Positions 20,763-31,308 are shown, counted from the stretch's first letter. The stretch is 51,679 nt of DNA from Verrucomicrobiia bacterium (GCA_025056465.1 JANWVU010000001.1:1-51679); one strand, 5' to 3'. Notes: generated by a model from the letters alone, not told the origin. Translations and numbers: made by a program.

Positions 20763-20790
20763 AGTATAGTTCACGCGCATTGCCTGTCAA
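20763..20790 (-). promoter_or_regulatory. sigma70-like promoter of the csp gene
   Basis: On the minus strand: TTGACA (20790-20785), 16-nt spacer, TATACT (20768-20763). Predicts a 5' UTR of roughly 85-90 nt ending in a GAGGAGAAAGG Shine-Dalgarno. Confidence 0.55.
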
Positions 20791-20826
20791 TTCTCGCTGT
20801 GCTCGCGCGTGCGGGGGAGTGTTGTG

Positions 20827-22611
20827 CTAGCGATGAACGGGCCACAGCAGCGGCAGAAACCAACTGGCCAGCAGCCAGATCAGGATGTTGAGTGGGATAC
20901 CGACGCGCAGGAAATCGCGGAATTGATACCCACCGGCACCGTACACGATCGTGTTGGTCTGGTACCCAATCGGTGTCGCAAAACTGGCGCTGGCGGCAAA
21001 CGCCACAGCGTAAATGAAGGGACGCGGATCGCAATCCAGCGCGTGCGCGCTGGCGATGGCAATCGGCGTCATGAGCGCCGCCACCGCGTTGTTCGAGACC
21101 ATTTCGGTGAGGACGGTAGCCACGAGATAGGTGCCGCTAATGGCCACCCAAGGTCCCCACTCGCCCAGCCACCGGTACAGTCCCTGCGCGAGGTAGGCGG
21201 CCCCACCGGTTTTCTCCATCGCCAATCCCAAACCCAGCGAGCCGACGATCAACGCAATGATGCTCCAGTTGATGGACTCGTACGCCTCGTTCATGTCCAG
21301 ACACCGCGTCAAAACCATCAACAACGCGCCGCCCAACGCCAGGTGCGCCACCGACCAATTGCCCATACCGGCCGCCAACATCACGCCCACCACGATCGCC
21401 AGCGCCACCCAGCGTTTGTGTCGGCGCACGGCCGGCTGGGGCATGGAGGAAAGCAACAACAATTCGCGGCTGCCTCGCAACGCGCTCAGCGCCTCCTCGG
21501 TGCCCTGCAACAACAACGTGTCGCCAAACCGCAACGGCGTTTCCTCCATCAGCTCGCGCACGTTCATCCCGTGACGGTGCAACGCCAGAATCCGCACGTT
21601 GTGTCGTCGCGCAAAATCCAATTCCCGCAACGTGCGTCCCAGCAACGGCGAATTGTTGGGCACCAACGCCTCCACCCAGGTGGTCGCTTCCGTGCCCAAC
21701 TCCTCGATGCCCAGCTCGGCATCCGGCAGCAGCGCCAATCCCCGGGTTGTCTGGACATCGCGCACGCCGCTCAGGGCCAGATTCATGATCAGACAATCAC
21801 CGGCCTCCAACACAATCGCGTCGAACGGCGGATCGAGCGGTTGCCCGTGCCGCGTCACGCCGAGAATGGTGCCGTTACGCAAATGGCGGCGTCGCACGTC
21901 GCCGAGCCGCTGTCCGATTAGCGGCGACCGGGGCAGCACCACCACTTCCGTCCGATATTCTTTGACGGGTGCGGTCGTCAGCAACGACGTCAACGTTTCG
22001 CGTCTCGGCAACAACCACCGGCCGACCGTCACCAAGTACGCAACACCAGCCAACGCCAGAATCACCCCGAGTCGTGTCTGCTCAAACATCCCTAACGCCG
22101 GTAGCTGGTGCCGCGTGACGACGTTGTTGACCACGATGTTGGTGGACGTCCCAATGAGCACGCACACGCCACCGAGCATGGACGCATAGGACAGCGGAAT
22201 CAGAAACCGGGAGGGTGCATACCCCTTTTGCGCGCACACCTGCAGCACCACCGGCAGGTAAAACATCACCACTGCAGTGTTGTTGATGAAGGCACTGGTC
22301 AACGTCGCCGCGGTCACCACTCCAAACAGCAGCAGCAACTCGCCGCGGTCAGCCAGATACAACAAACCACGTTGTACCGGTTCCAACGCACCCGTGCGGG
22401 TCAGTCCCGCGCCGAGGATGAACATCGCCGCAACCGTAATCGGAGCAGGGTTGCTAAAACACGATAGAATCTCCTCGCCCGTCAGCAACCCGGTCAGACC
22501 CAACACACACAACACCGATAACGCGAGCGCATCGGCGCGAATGCGCTCGGTGGCGAACAACACAAACGTTACGCCCGTGATCAGAAAAACCAGCGCGATC
22601 GTCGGTGTCAT
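20827..22611 (-). CDS. SLC13/DASS family permease with two internal TrkA-C domains
   Basis: Polytopic protein with two central TrkA_C-like segments ('VVVLPRSPLIGQRLGDV...', 'VEALVPNNSPLLGRTLREL...'). ATG at 22611 forms an ATGA overlap with the permease stop. Confidence 0.88.
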   Translation of the reverse strand: MTPTIALVFLITGVTFVLFATERIRADALALSVLCVLGLTGLLTGEEILSCFSNPAPITVAAMFILGAGLTRTGALEPVQRGLLYLADRGELLLLFGVVTAATLTSAFINNTAVVMFYLPVVLQVCAQKGYAPSRFLIPLSYASMLGGVCVLIGTSTNIVVNNVVTRHQLPALGMFEQTRLGVILALAGVAYLVTVGRWLLPRRETLTSLLTTAPVKEYRTEVVVLPRSPLIGQRLGDVRRRHLRNGTILGVTRHGQPLDPPFDAIVLEAGDCLIMNLALSGVRDVQTTRGLALLPDAELGIEELGTEATTWVEALVPNNSPLLGRTLRELDFARRHNVRILALHRHGMNVRELMEETPLRFGDTLLLQGTEEALSALRGSRELLLLSSMPQPAVRRHKRWVALAIVVGVMLAAGMGNWSVAHLALGGALLMVLTRCLDMNEAYESINWSIIALIVGSLGLGLAMEKTGGAAYLAQGLYRWLGEWGPWVAISGTYLVATVLTEMVSNNAVAALMTPIAIASAHALDCDPRPFIYAVAFAASASFATPIGYQTNTIVYGAGGYQFRDFLRVGIPLNILIWLLASWFLPLLWPVHR

Positions 22612-23375
22612 AACGCGCCCGTTCCCCACCGGTGATGCAACCAACGTTCTGCGCGCGCAAAAAGAAGTTTATCTGCCAACAACCCGATCGCGATGATCAC
22701 AAGCATGATACCGAGCACCGCGTCCATTGCATGCAACTCACGACCGTAATGCAACAGGTGGCCCAATCCAAAGCCGGTTAGAATCGTCACATAAATCTCC
22801 GCCGCCATGAGCGACCGCCAAGCAAAAGCCCAGCCCTGTTTCATCCCGCTCACAACGAACGGCAACGATGCCGGCAAGATCACTTTCAACCAGGTGTGCA
22901 CACCGCGCGACCCCATCGTGCGGGCCGCACGCAAGTAAATCGGCGGCACGCTTTGCACGCCGGCAGTTGTGGCCAGCAGCACCGACCACAGCGACCCCAT
23001 GATCACGATGAACAGCATCGAGCCCTCGGTCTGCCCAAACCACAACAACGCCAACGGCGCCCAGCACACGCTCGGCAAGGTTTGCAAGCCCAGCGCCACC
23101 AGACCCAACGTATCCTGACACACTGCAAACCGCGCCGTCACCAAACCCAGCGGCAACCCAACCACCAAACTCACCACATAGCCGACCACCAACCGGCGCA
23201 ACGTGACCATCGTGGCTTGGAGCAAAGTTCCGTCCTCGGCAGCGGTGATCAGATACCGGCCCACATCGAGCGGCGAGGGCACCAATACCGGCGACCAAAT
23301 CCCGCGCCGCACCAACCATTCCCACAGCGCGGTGGCGACAACAAAAAACGACACGGCCACGAGCCAGCGTTTCAT
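22608..23375 (-). CDS. ABC transporter permease (NitT/TauT, SsuC-like family)
   Basis: 255 aa, 6 TM. BPD_transp_1-type EAA loop region 'RAARTMGSRGVHTWLKVILPASLP'. Confidence 0.9.
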   Translation of the reverse strand: MKRWLVAVSFFVVATALWEWLVRRGIWSPVLVPSPLDVGRYLITAAEDGTLLQATMVTLRRLVVGYVVSLVVGLPLGLVTARFAVCQDTLGLVALGLQTLPSVCWAPLALLWFGQTEGSMLFIVIMGSLWSVLLATTAGVQSVPPIYLRAARTMGSRGVHTWLKVILPASLPFVVSGMKQGWAFAWRSLMAAEIYVTILTGFGLGHLLHYGRELHAMDAVLGIMLVIIAIGLLADKLLFARAERWLHHRWGTGAL

Positions 23376-24181
23376 GACGTGTGCTCCGGTAGGTTGGCTC
23401 GTTTCAACGCCTGGGTAATTTCGGTGGCGTACTGCGCCACGTCCACGCTGTTGATGTCGCGCGGTCGCGGCAGAGGAATCGCAAACTCTTCCCGAATCCG
23501 ACCGGGACGCGGGGAGAACAGGATCACGCGGTCACCGAGACAAACCGCTTCCCGCACGTTGTGGGTGACGAACACGATGGTCTTTTTCCGCTCCGACCAG
23601 ATGCGCTGTAGGTCGCCGTACAGTTGCTCGCGGGTCATTGCGTCCAGAGACGCAAACGGTTCGTCCATCAACAACACGCGCGGGTTCGGCGCCAGCGCGC
23701 GCGCCAGGGCCGTCCGTTGTTTCATGCCACCGGATAACTCGTGGATATTCGCATGGATGAATTTTTCCAGTCCCACAAGCTGCAGGTAAAACAGCGCCAC
23801 CTCGCGTCGTTGGGCGCTGGTCAGTTTTGGTTTCAGCTTGAGGCCGAACAACACGTTGCCGAGCACGTCCAGCCATGGGAACAACGCCGGCTCTTGAAAC
23901 ATCACCATCCGATCCCGGCCCGGTCCGCGCACCGGTTTCCCGTCGGCCAACACCTCGCCGCGATCAGGTCGTTCCAAGCCGGCCACGATGTTGAGCAGCG
24001 TGGTCTTCCCACAACCGCTGGGCCCGACCAAACAGACAAACTCCCCCTCGCGAACGTGGAGCGAAACGTTGTCCAACGCCGCCACCGGTCCGTGCGCGGT
24101 ATGAAAGGTTTTTGACACGTGGTGAACCGCCAACTTCTCCGGTGGCTCGTTGCGAAGCTCGTCTGTGAGGAGAGGGTTCAT
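23372..24181 (-). CDS. ABC transporter ATP-binding protein (SsuB/TauB-like)
   Basis: Walker A 'GPSGCGKTT', signature 'LSGGMKQR', Walker B 'LLMDEPF'. Confidence 0.93.
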   Translation of the reverse strand: MNPLLTDELRNEPPEKLAVHHVSKTFHTAHGPVAALDNVSLHVREGEFVCLVGPSGCGKTTLLNIVAGLERPDRGEVLADGKPVRGPGRDRMVMFQEPALFPWLDVLGNVLFGLKLKPKLTSAQRREVALFYLQLVGLEKFIHANIHELSGGMKQRTALARALAPNPRVLLMDEPFASLDAMTREQLYGDLQRIWSERKKTIVFVTHNVREAVCLGDRVILFSPRPGRIREEFAIPLPRPRDINSVDVAQYATEITQALKRANLPEHTS

Positions 24182-24217
24182 GGGCCGGTAGCGGCCAGTG
24201 TGCCCGGCGAAGCCGCC

Positions 24218-25237
24218 TTACTCCACCGCCGGTAGTCCTTTTTCTCGCAACACCTCGTTGAGCAGGCGCAGGTCATAAATCCGCGACAAATTTGGTTTCT
24301 CCTTCAGAAAGCCGATCCGGTGCGCATCGGCGGCCGACTTCAGCAGCGATGTCCGCACGGGGTCATGCGTCAGCGTTAGACGTGACCATGCGAGGTTGAT
24401 CACCGCTTCGGATAACGGGCGCGTCGTCAGCGCGGTCATCGTTTCGTTGAACAACTTTTTCGCTTCGTCGGGGTGGCTGTTGATCCATTCCGTCAGCTCT
24501 ATGTGAGCGGCGATCCAACGTTTCACCAAGGCCGGTTGCTCCGCTAAAAATTTCGTGCGGCTGACCAGATGGGTCGTGACATACCGGCCGTTTGGCCAGA
24601 GCGTGGCTTCGTCGAGATAGATTTGCCCGTTGGCCTCCACTTGCAGCCTCGACACCCACGGTTCCACAGTCCAAACCGCATCCAGTTCGCCAGTGCGAAA
24701 CAGCGTGAGTTGATCCGGGTTGGCAGTGGGAATGACGCGCACATCACCACCCGTCAACGTGACCCGATATCCTTTCGATTCCAGCCACGCCCGCGCGGCC
24801 ACGTCCTGCGTGTTTCCCAGTTGGGGTGTGGCGATTCGTTTGCCTCGGAAATCCGCGTCCGATTTGATTCGACCATCCCCTTGCACCACCAGCGCCGCAC
24901 CGCCGCTGCATGCGCCAGCCACAATCCGAATTTCTTCCCCACCGGTTTTCAGATGCGCGTTGATTGCCGGGTTGGGTCCCACATAGGACAGATCCAACGC
25001 GCCGGTCAAAATGGCCTCCATCGCGGAGGGTCCCGCGTTGTACACAAACCACTGAACCTTCACGTCCGCGCCCAAACGCTCTTCAAACCAACCTCGACCC
25101 GCGCGCGACAACCCGTGGGCAATGACCGCCTGTGCGTGGGTAATGTTTGGAAAATGACCAACACGAATGACAGTCGGCTCCGCCCCAAACGCCATGCGCA
25201 ATCCCAGCAGCCCGACGATGAGCAACCATCGGCTCAT
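24218..25237 (-). CDS. ABC transporter substrate-binding protein (NMT1/SsuA-like)
   Basis: Signal peptide 'MSRWLLIVGLLGLRMAFG', then a periplasmic-binding fold typical of sulfonate/nitrate/taurine binders. First transporter gene after the regulator. Confidence 0.82.
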   Translation of the reverse strand: MSRWLLIVGLLGLRMAFGAEPTVIRVGHFPNITHAQAVIAHGLSRAGRGWFEERLGADVKVQWFVYNAGPSAMEAILTGALDLSYVGPNPAINAHLKTGGEEIRIVAGACSGGAALVVQGDGRIKSDADFRGKRIATPQLGNTQDVAARAWLESKGYRVTLTGGDVRVIPTANPDQLTLFRTGELDAVWTVEPWVSRLQVEANGQIYLDEATLWPNGRYVTTHLVSRTKFLAEQPALVKRWIAAHIELTEWINSHPDEAKKLFNETMTALTTRPLSEAVINLAWSRLTLTHDPVRTSLLKSAADAHRIGFLKEKPNLSRIYDLRLLNEVLREKGLPAVE

Positions 25238-25710
25238 CGCGCGGCCTCCACGAACGGCAACGGTGCCTTGTCGCGTCGTAGCTTACGCAGCGTCACCTCG
25301 ACGGTGTCGGCCAGCGTGTAGCGGTCGAGGATGTTGGCGATCGCGTTGCGCACATCCACCATCAACAGCCGCAGCCCGCAATGCGCCTCATCAGGACAGG
25401 AACATTTTTCGTACGCGGTGACGCTGGCACACCGGATGGGCGCCAACGGTCCCTCGATGCGACGCACCACGTCACCGATTTTGATACGGTGCATGGGCTG
25501 CGCCAAAAAATAACCTCCCTGCGCGCCGCGTTTGCTGTGAAGATAACCGGCTCGTTTCAACTCCAACAAAATCGCCTCCAGAAACTTTACCGGGATGCGC
25601 TCCTGTTTTGCCAACTCGCTGCTGGATACCAACGTCTTGCCCAGCGCGTGCGCAAGACCGATGTCAATCAACGCCCGCAACGCGTACTCGCCGCGCTTGG
25701 AAAGCTTCAC
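25234..25710 (-). CDS. Rrf2 family transcriptional regulator (IscR/CymR-like, three Cys)
   Basis: 'KLSKRGEYALRALIDI' wHTH and a Cys cluster 'CASVTAYEKCSCPDEAHC'. GTG 25710 gives the canonical MKLS start; the TTG at 25719 is an alternative. The stop overlaps the SBP start (ATGA). Confidence 0.88.
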   Translation of the reverse strand: MKLSKRGEYALRALIDIGLAHALGKTLVSSSELAKQERIPVKFLEAILLELKRAGYLHSKRGAQGGYFLAQPMHRIKIGDVVRRIEGPLAPIRCASVTAYEKCSCPDEAHCGLRLLMVDVRNAIANILDRYTLADTVEVTLRKLRRDKAPLPFVEAAR

Positions 25711-25861
25711 GCATTGCAATGTCTATCATTTTGGTAGGAATTGCAAGCCGATTTCCGTCTGTCGCCGGGCGGACGGTGTAATACCCACACAAGTAGGGAA
25801 CCGAACGCGGGGTTGACGTCGTCGCGCCCGAGACGCGCGCGCAAGTGGTCTCCGCGGCGGG

Positions 25862-27334
25862 CTAATCGGGCAGGTGCAACCGGCGCCACAACTCAGCGGG
25901 GTTCTCCAAACCCACCGAGAGGCGGATTAGATACCGGGACACACCGCAGGATTCCGCCCACTCCAGCTCCCGGTAGTGCGCCAGCAACGTGAAGGGACAA
26001 GCCAGCGAGAACATGGTGCCGAGGCTTGGTCCTTTGCACACCTCCATGCGGTCGTAAATGCGTGGCGATTCTGTGTCCGCGTTGCGCGGCAGAAATGTCA
26101 CCAGCGAGCTCCAGCCCCCACCGGGCCGACGTAACGCCTCATAGGCCTCGGCCGACTCCCACTTAGGGAACCATACGCGCTCGATGGCCGGATGCGCGCG
26201 GAGCCGCTCTGCGATCCACAAACCGTTTGCATTATGCTGGCGCATGCGCTCGGGAAACGAGTGCGCTTGTTCCTCCAAAATCACCGCGTCCTCAATCCAT
26301 AACAACTCTTCATGTTCGGCCGCGATGATGGGTTTCAACTCGGCGTAAAACGGAGAGCGCGGGTTGCAGATGAGCGCGCCTCCCATCACATCACCTGTGC
26401 CGGCCACGTATTTGGTCAGGCTCGTGGCTATCAGCGCGGCGTGAGGGCTTAGGTCCACGTTGATCGGTGTGGCCACCACGTCGTCGGCGACCAGCGGCAC
26501 CCCACGGGCACGAAGCCGGGGCGTTACCGCGCGCAGGTCCGGGGTGGTCAGCAACGGATTACCGGGCACCTCGCAGAAGACCGCCGACACATCGCGCTGC
26601 GCCAGCAACCGGTCGAGTTCACTCGCCACGGTGTCGAGCCGCCAGAGCAGGTGGGTTTCGCCACCGTATTTTTGCTGAATCTTCAGCGTGTCCACGTAGG
26701 GGAAACCGAGTTGAATTGTGGCACCGGTAGGTCGGCGGGTTTTCACGGCGCGCAATGCGGCCCACATCGCAGCCATGCCGGTGGGGTGCAAAAACACATC
26801 ATCGGGCCGGCAATCGTACCAGGCGGCAAGTTGAGAGCGAAGCCGAGCACGAACGCTAGCATCATCGGAAACGCGCCGCCCGGTAAGAATCGCTTCGGCC
26901 TGCCGGGTGGAGACGATCAAGCCGGTATGTTGCCAAAACAATTTGAGATCATCGGCTTGGGCAGCGGTTGTGACGACGCCGCACAACCCGTCTCGTTCGA
27001 CGACTTGGGCCGGTGGGCCGAGATACCGGGCGGCTTGATGAGCGGCATTTCGCGAGGGGAACGGCAGGCAGGGTCGTCCCTGGCCGAGCCGGTGGGCCAG
27101 TTGCGCGACCAGCGGATGCACCACAAAGCGCGGATACCCGCTGACCAATCGGTCGAGGATGCGCGGTTCTTTCTCCTCGTAGGCCACGACGTCGTCCCAA
27201 CGCGGCAACGCCAACGACACCGCGTGGGGCGAGTCCGGTATGGGCCGCCCCACATCTTCCGCGCGCCATACAGGATGTTCGAGCAGTTGATGGAAGCTCA
27301 AGCTGACGATGTAATAGCAGCCCGACCGACACAA
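25862..27334 (-). CDS. PLP-dependent Cys/Met-metabolism enzyme (cystathionine gamma-synthase-like, N-terminally extended)
   Basis: PLP-lysine motif 'SLTKYVAGTGDVMGG'. N-terminal 'PIPDSPHAVSLALPRWDDVVAYEE' resembles the long CGS-like subgroup. There is no in-frame ATG near the 5' end (TTG at 27334 or 27301). Confidence 0.78.
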   Translation of the reverse strand: MCRSGCYYIVSLSFHQLLEHPVWRAEDVGRPIPDSPHAVSLALPRWDDVVAYEEKEPRILDRLVSGYPRFVVHPLVAQLAHRLGQGRPCLPFPSRNAAHQAARYLGPPAQVVERDGLCGVVTTAAQADDLKLFWQHTGLIVSTRQAEAILTGRRVSDDASVRARLRSQLAAWYDCRPDDVFLHPTGMAAMWAALRAVKTRRPTGATIQLGFPYVDTLKIQQKYGGETHLLWRLDTVASELDRLLAQRDVSAVFCEVPGNPLLTTPDLRAVTPRLRARGVPLVADDVVATPINVDLSPHAALIATSLTKYVAGTGDVMGGALICNPRSPFYAELKPIIAAEHEELLWIEDAVILEEQAHSFPERMRQHNANGLWIAERLRAHPAIERVWFPKWESAEAYEALRRPGGGWSSLVTFLPRNADTESPRIYDRMEVCKGPSLGTMFSLACPFTLLAHYRELEWAESCGVSRYLIRLSVGLENPAELWRRLHLPD

Positions 27335-27445
27335 TCCCAGTGAAACTGAGTGGGCCCTTTATTTCCGACATTTCTGACAGGGGATTGCCGACGTGATTGC
27401 AAGGGCGTTTGACAGGGCGCGCGGAGATTGTTAGCGTCGGGGGCC

Positions 27446-27763
27446 ATGATTACGCTGACGGCACGAGCTTTGGATTATGTTCGCCAGCTTCGGCGTGAGC
27501 AAGCGCAAGCCGGTAAGCCACTGCGCGTGTATGTGACGGCCGGCGGTTGTTCGGGGATGGAATATGGGATGGCGTTCGACGATCCCAAACCCGACGACGC
27601 CGTCATCCGGCAGGAAGACGTTGAGGTGGTGATTGACCCGATGAGCCAGAATTTTCTCAAAGGGAGCACGATTGATTACCTCGACAGCTTGCAGGGTACC
27701 GGCTTCCGCATTCACAACCCGAACGTGCACAGCACGTGCGGGTGTGGTCGTTCTTTCAACTAA
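27446..27763 (+). CDS. erpA: A-type iron-sulfur cluster carrier (ErpA/IscA/HesB family)
   Basis: 105 aa. 'GGCSGMEYGM' and a C-terminal 'CGCGRSF' give three ligand cysteines. Confidence 0.9.
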   Translation: MITLTARALDYVRQLRREQAQAGKPLRVYVTAGGCSGMEYGMAFDDPKPDDAVIRQEDVEVVIDPMSQNFLKGSTIDYLDSLQGTGFRIHNPNVHSTCGCGRSFN

Positions 27764-29461
<1,698 letters not shown>

Positions 29462-29518
29462 TCGAGCGCGGGCTTTCCTCAGCCGAACCATTTTGGCAAA
29501 AAGAGTGCGAGGTGCGTC

Positions 29519-30100
29519 ATGGAACTTGTGACGGCCGCGGACTTGAAGCGCGGGCAGGTGTTGATGTTGGACAACGTGCCGCATGCGGTTGAGGAGTTTC
29601 ACATTACCGGCACGGCGAAGACGAAACGAAAAATCCATGCGCGTCTGCGCAATTTGGTGAAAGGCGTGCATGTGGAGCGGGCATTTTGGGAAGACGAACG
29701 GCTGGCGGCCGCGGAGGTGGAGAATCGTCGTGTGCAGTTCAGCTACCGGGATGGTGACCGGTTTGTATTTTTGGATGCGGAAACGTTCGAGGAGTTGTCG
29801 TTGACGGCAGAACAGGTGGGTGAGCGGCACTGGTTTTTGCGGGAGAACGAGGAATATCGGGCGGTGTTTCTGGAAGGGAAGTTGTTGGAGATTGAGTTGC
29901 CGGACACCGTGGCGATGAAGGTGGAAAGCACGGCGGCGCCGCAGCGCGGTGGGTCGGATGCGGCATGGAAGCCGGCACGGTTGGAGGGTGGTTTGGAAAT
30001 CATGGTGCCGTTGTTCATCGCCACGGGCGATGTAGTGCGCGTCGACACGCAGACGCGCAAGTATGTCCGCAAAGAGAGCGAGACGGATAAGACACGCTAA
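29519..30100 (+). CDS. elongation factor P family protein (closer to the YeiP/EfpL type)
   Basis: 193 aa with a three-domain EF-P layout. 'RRVQFSYRDGDRFVFLD' and 'LEIELPDTVAMKVESTAAP' parallel YeiP. The tip-loop region reads 'ITGTAKTKRKIH' instead of the EF-P 'KPGKG'. Confidence 0.8.
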   Translation: MELVTAADLKRGQVLMLDNVPHAVEEFHITGTAKTKRKIHARLRNLVKGVHVERAFWEDERLAAAEVENRRVQFSYRDGDRFVFLDAETFEELSLTAEQVGERHWFLRENEEYRAVFLEGKLLEIELPDTVAMKVESTAAPQRGGSDAAWKPARLEGGLEIMVPLFIATGDVVRVDTQTRKYVRKESETDKTR

Positions 30101-30120
30101 GCGTTGGGACAGGCGGTGCG

Positions 30121-30149
30121 TTGACGTGGCCGGTAGGCTAGCGTATAAG
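30121..30149 (+). promoter_or_regulatory. sigma70-like promoter, probably giving a leaderless or near-leaderless HIT-operon mRNA
   Basis: TTGACG (30121-30126), 17-nt spacer, TATAAG (30144-30149). Only 8 nt separate the -10 from the ATG at 30158, and there is no Shine-Dalgarno. Confidence 0.4.
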
Positions 30150-30157
30150 CCGCTTCC

Positions 30158-30655
30158 ATGGATCGATTGTGGGCGCCGTGGCGCATCCAGTACATTCTAG
30201 GCCCGCGCGATGAGGGTTGTTTTTTGTGCGACCGACCGGCGCAAAATGCGGACCGAAAGAATTTGATTTTGCGTCGGGCGCGGACGTGTTTTGCGATTCT
30301 GAATGCGTACCCTTACAACCCCGGTCATTTGATGGTGGCGCCATACAAGCATACCGGTGAGCTGGACGGGTTGACGGAGCAGGAGCTGACGGAGCTGATG
30401 GTGTTGTTGCGGGAGTGTCAGGACGTGGTTCGGCGCGCGATGAATCCGGCAGGGTTCAACATCGGCATCAATCTCGGAAAGGTGGCCGGTGCGGGGGTGT
30501 TGGATCATGTGCATATTCATCTGGTGCCAAGGTGGGATGGGGATGTAAATTTTATGCCGGTTACGGGGTCAGTGCGGGTGATTCCGCAGGCGCTGGAGGA
30601 GACGTACGACCAGTTGTTGAAGCACCTGCCGGCGGCCGGTATAGTCGGCGCATGA
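30158..30655 (+). CDS. HIT family nucleotide hydrolase/phosphorylase (Ap4A-phosphorylase-like branch)
   Basis: Histidine triad 'HVHIHLVPR'. N-terminal 'LWAPWRIQYI' is typical of the GalT-like HIT branch. Confidence 0.88.
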   Translation: MDRLWAPWRIQYILGPRDEGCFLCDRPAQNADRKNLILRRARTCFAILNAYPYNPGHLMVAPYKHTGELDGLTEQELTELMVLLRECQDVVRRAMNPAGFNIGINLGKVAGAGVLDHVHIHLVPRWDGDVNFMPVTGSVRVIPQALEETYDQLLKHLPAAGIVGA

Positions 30656-31308
30656 GGATTCCCCACGAAGTGGGCATCATGGTGTTGCCCAACGCCGTGT
30701 TGTTTCCGGGCGCGGTGTTGCCGTTGTACGTGTTTGAGCCGCGGTATCGGCGGATGCTGGCGGACGCATTGGCGGGGGACCGGATGTTTGCGGTGGGGTT
30801 GGCGGACCCGCACGGGATGCCGCATCCGATCGCCGTGGTGGGACTGATTCGCGGGGCGGTCAAACGAGCGGATGGAACATCCGACGTGCTGCTTCAGGGA
30901 CTGGAGCGGGTGCGTTTGGTGGACTATGCGGCGGAATACCCCGGCAGGGGTTACCCGGCGACGCGCGTGGAGATTTTGAACAGCCACGGAACAACCACGG
31001 CAAGTGCGCGTCGGCCCGTGCTGACCCTGGTGCGCAAGTTATCGCGGGCGCGGGCGCGAACGGGTGAGCCGCTGCCGAAACCGTTGTTGCAATCCATGGC
31101 GGCGCTGGACGACGGTGGGATTTTGGCGGACGCAATTGGGCACATTTTGATTGAAAACCCGCGCCTGAAACAACTCGTGCTGGAGGAGTTGGATGTGCGC
31201 AGCCGGTTGATGCTCGTGACCGCGTTGCTGAAACGACAACTGGAGCAAGCCGAGTTGTGGAAAACGTTGCAGGGCGATCTTCCCAACGAGCATGTCGGGT
31301 TCAACTGA
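30652..31308 (+). CDS. LON N-terminal (substrate-binding) domain-only protein
   Basis: 'LPNAVLFPGAVLPLYVFEPRYRRML' is the Lon-N/PUA-like signature. There is no AAA+ or protease domain. ATGA overlap with the HIT stop. Confidence 0.8.
   Translation: MRIPHEVGIMVLPNAVLFPGAVLPLYVFEPRYRRMLADALAGDRMFAVGLADPHGMPHPIAVVGLIRGAVKRADGTSDVLLQGLERVRLVDYAAEYPGRGYPATRVEILNSHGTTTASARRPVLTLVRKLSRARARTGEPLPKPLLQSMAALDDGGILADAIGHILIENPRLKQLVLEELDVRSRLMLVTALLKRQLEQAELWKTLQGDLPNEHVGFN

Noticed and set aside
20809-21921. 370-aa + strand ORF opposite the SLC13 permease, and similar + strand ORFs at 2638-3702 and 4291-5082 opposite atpG/atpA
   Set aside because: Shadow ORFs. The opposite strand encodes highly conserved proteins.
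25711-25861. SAM or other riboswitch upstream of the Rrf2/ABC operon, and in 27335-27445 next to the CGS-like gene
   Set aside because: I read both strands and found none of the conserved cores I know (SAM-I, SAM-II, SAM/SAH). Only the ATTGCAA boxes stood out, and they are reported separately.
27409-27436. TTGACA-N16-TTAGCG promoter-like element upstream of erpA
   Set aside because: The -35 is perfect, but the -10 lacks the invariant final T and the A at position 2. Too weak to list as a feature.
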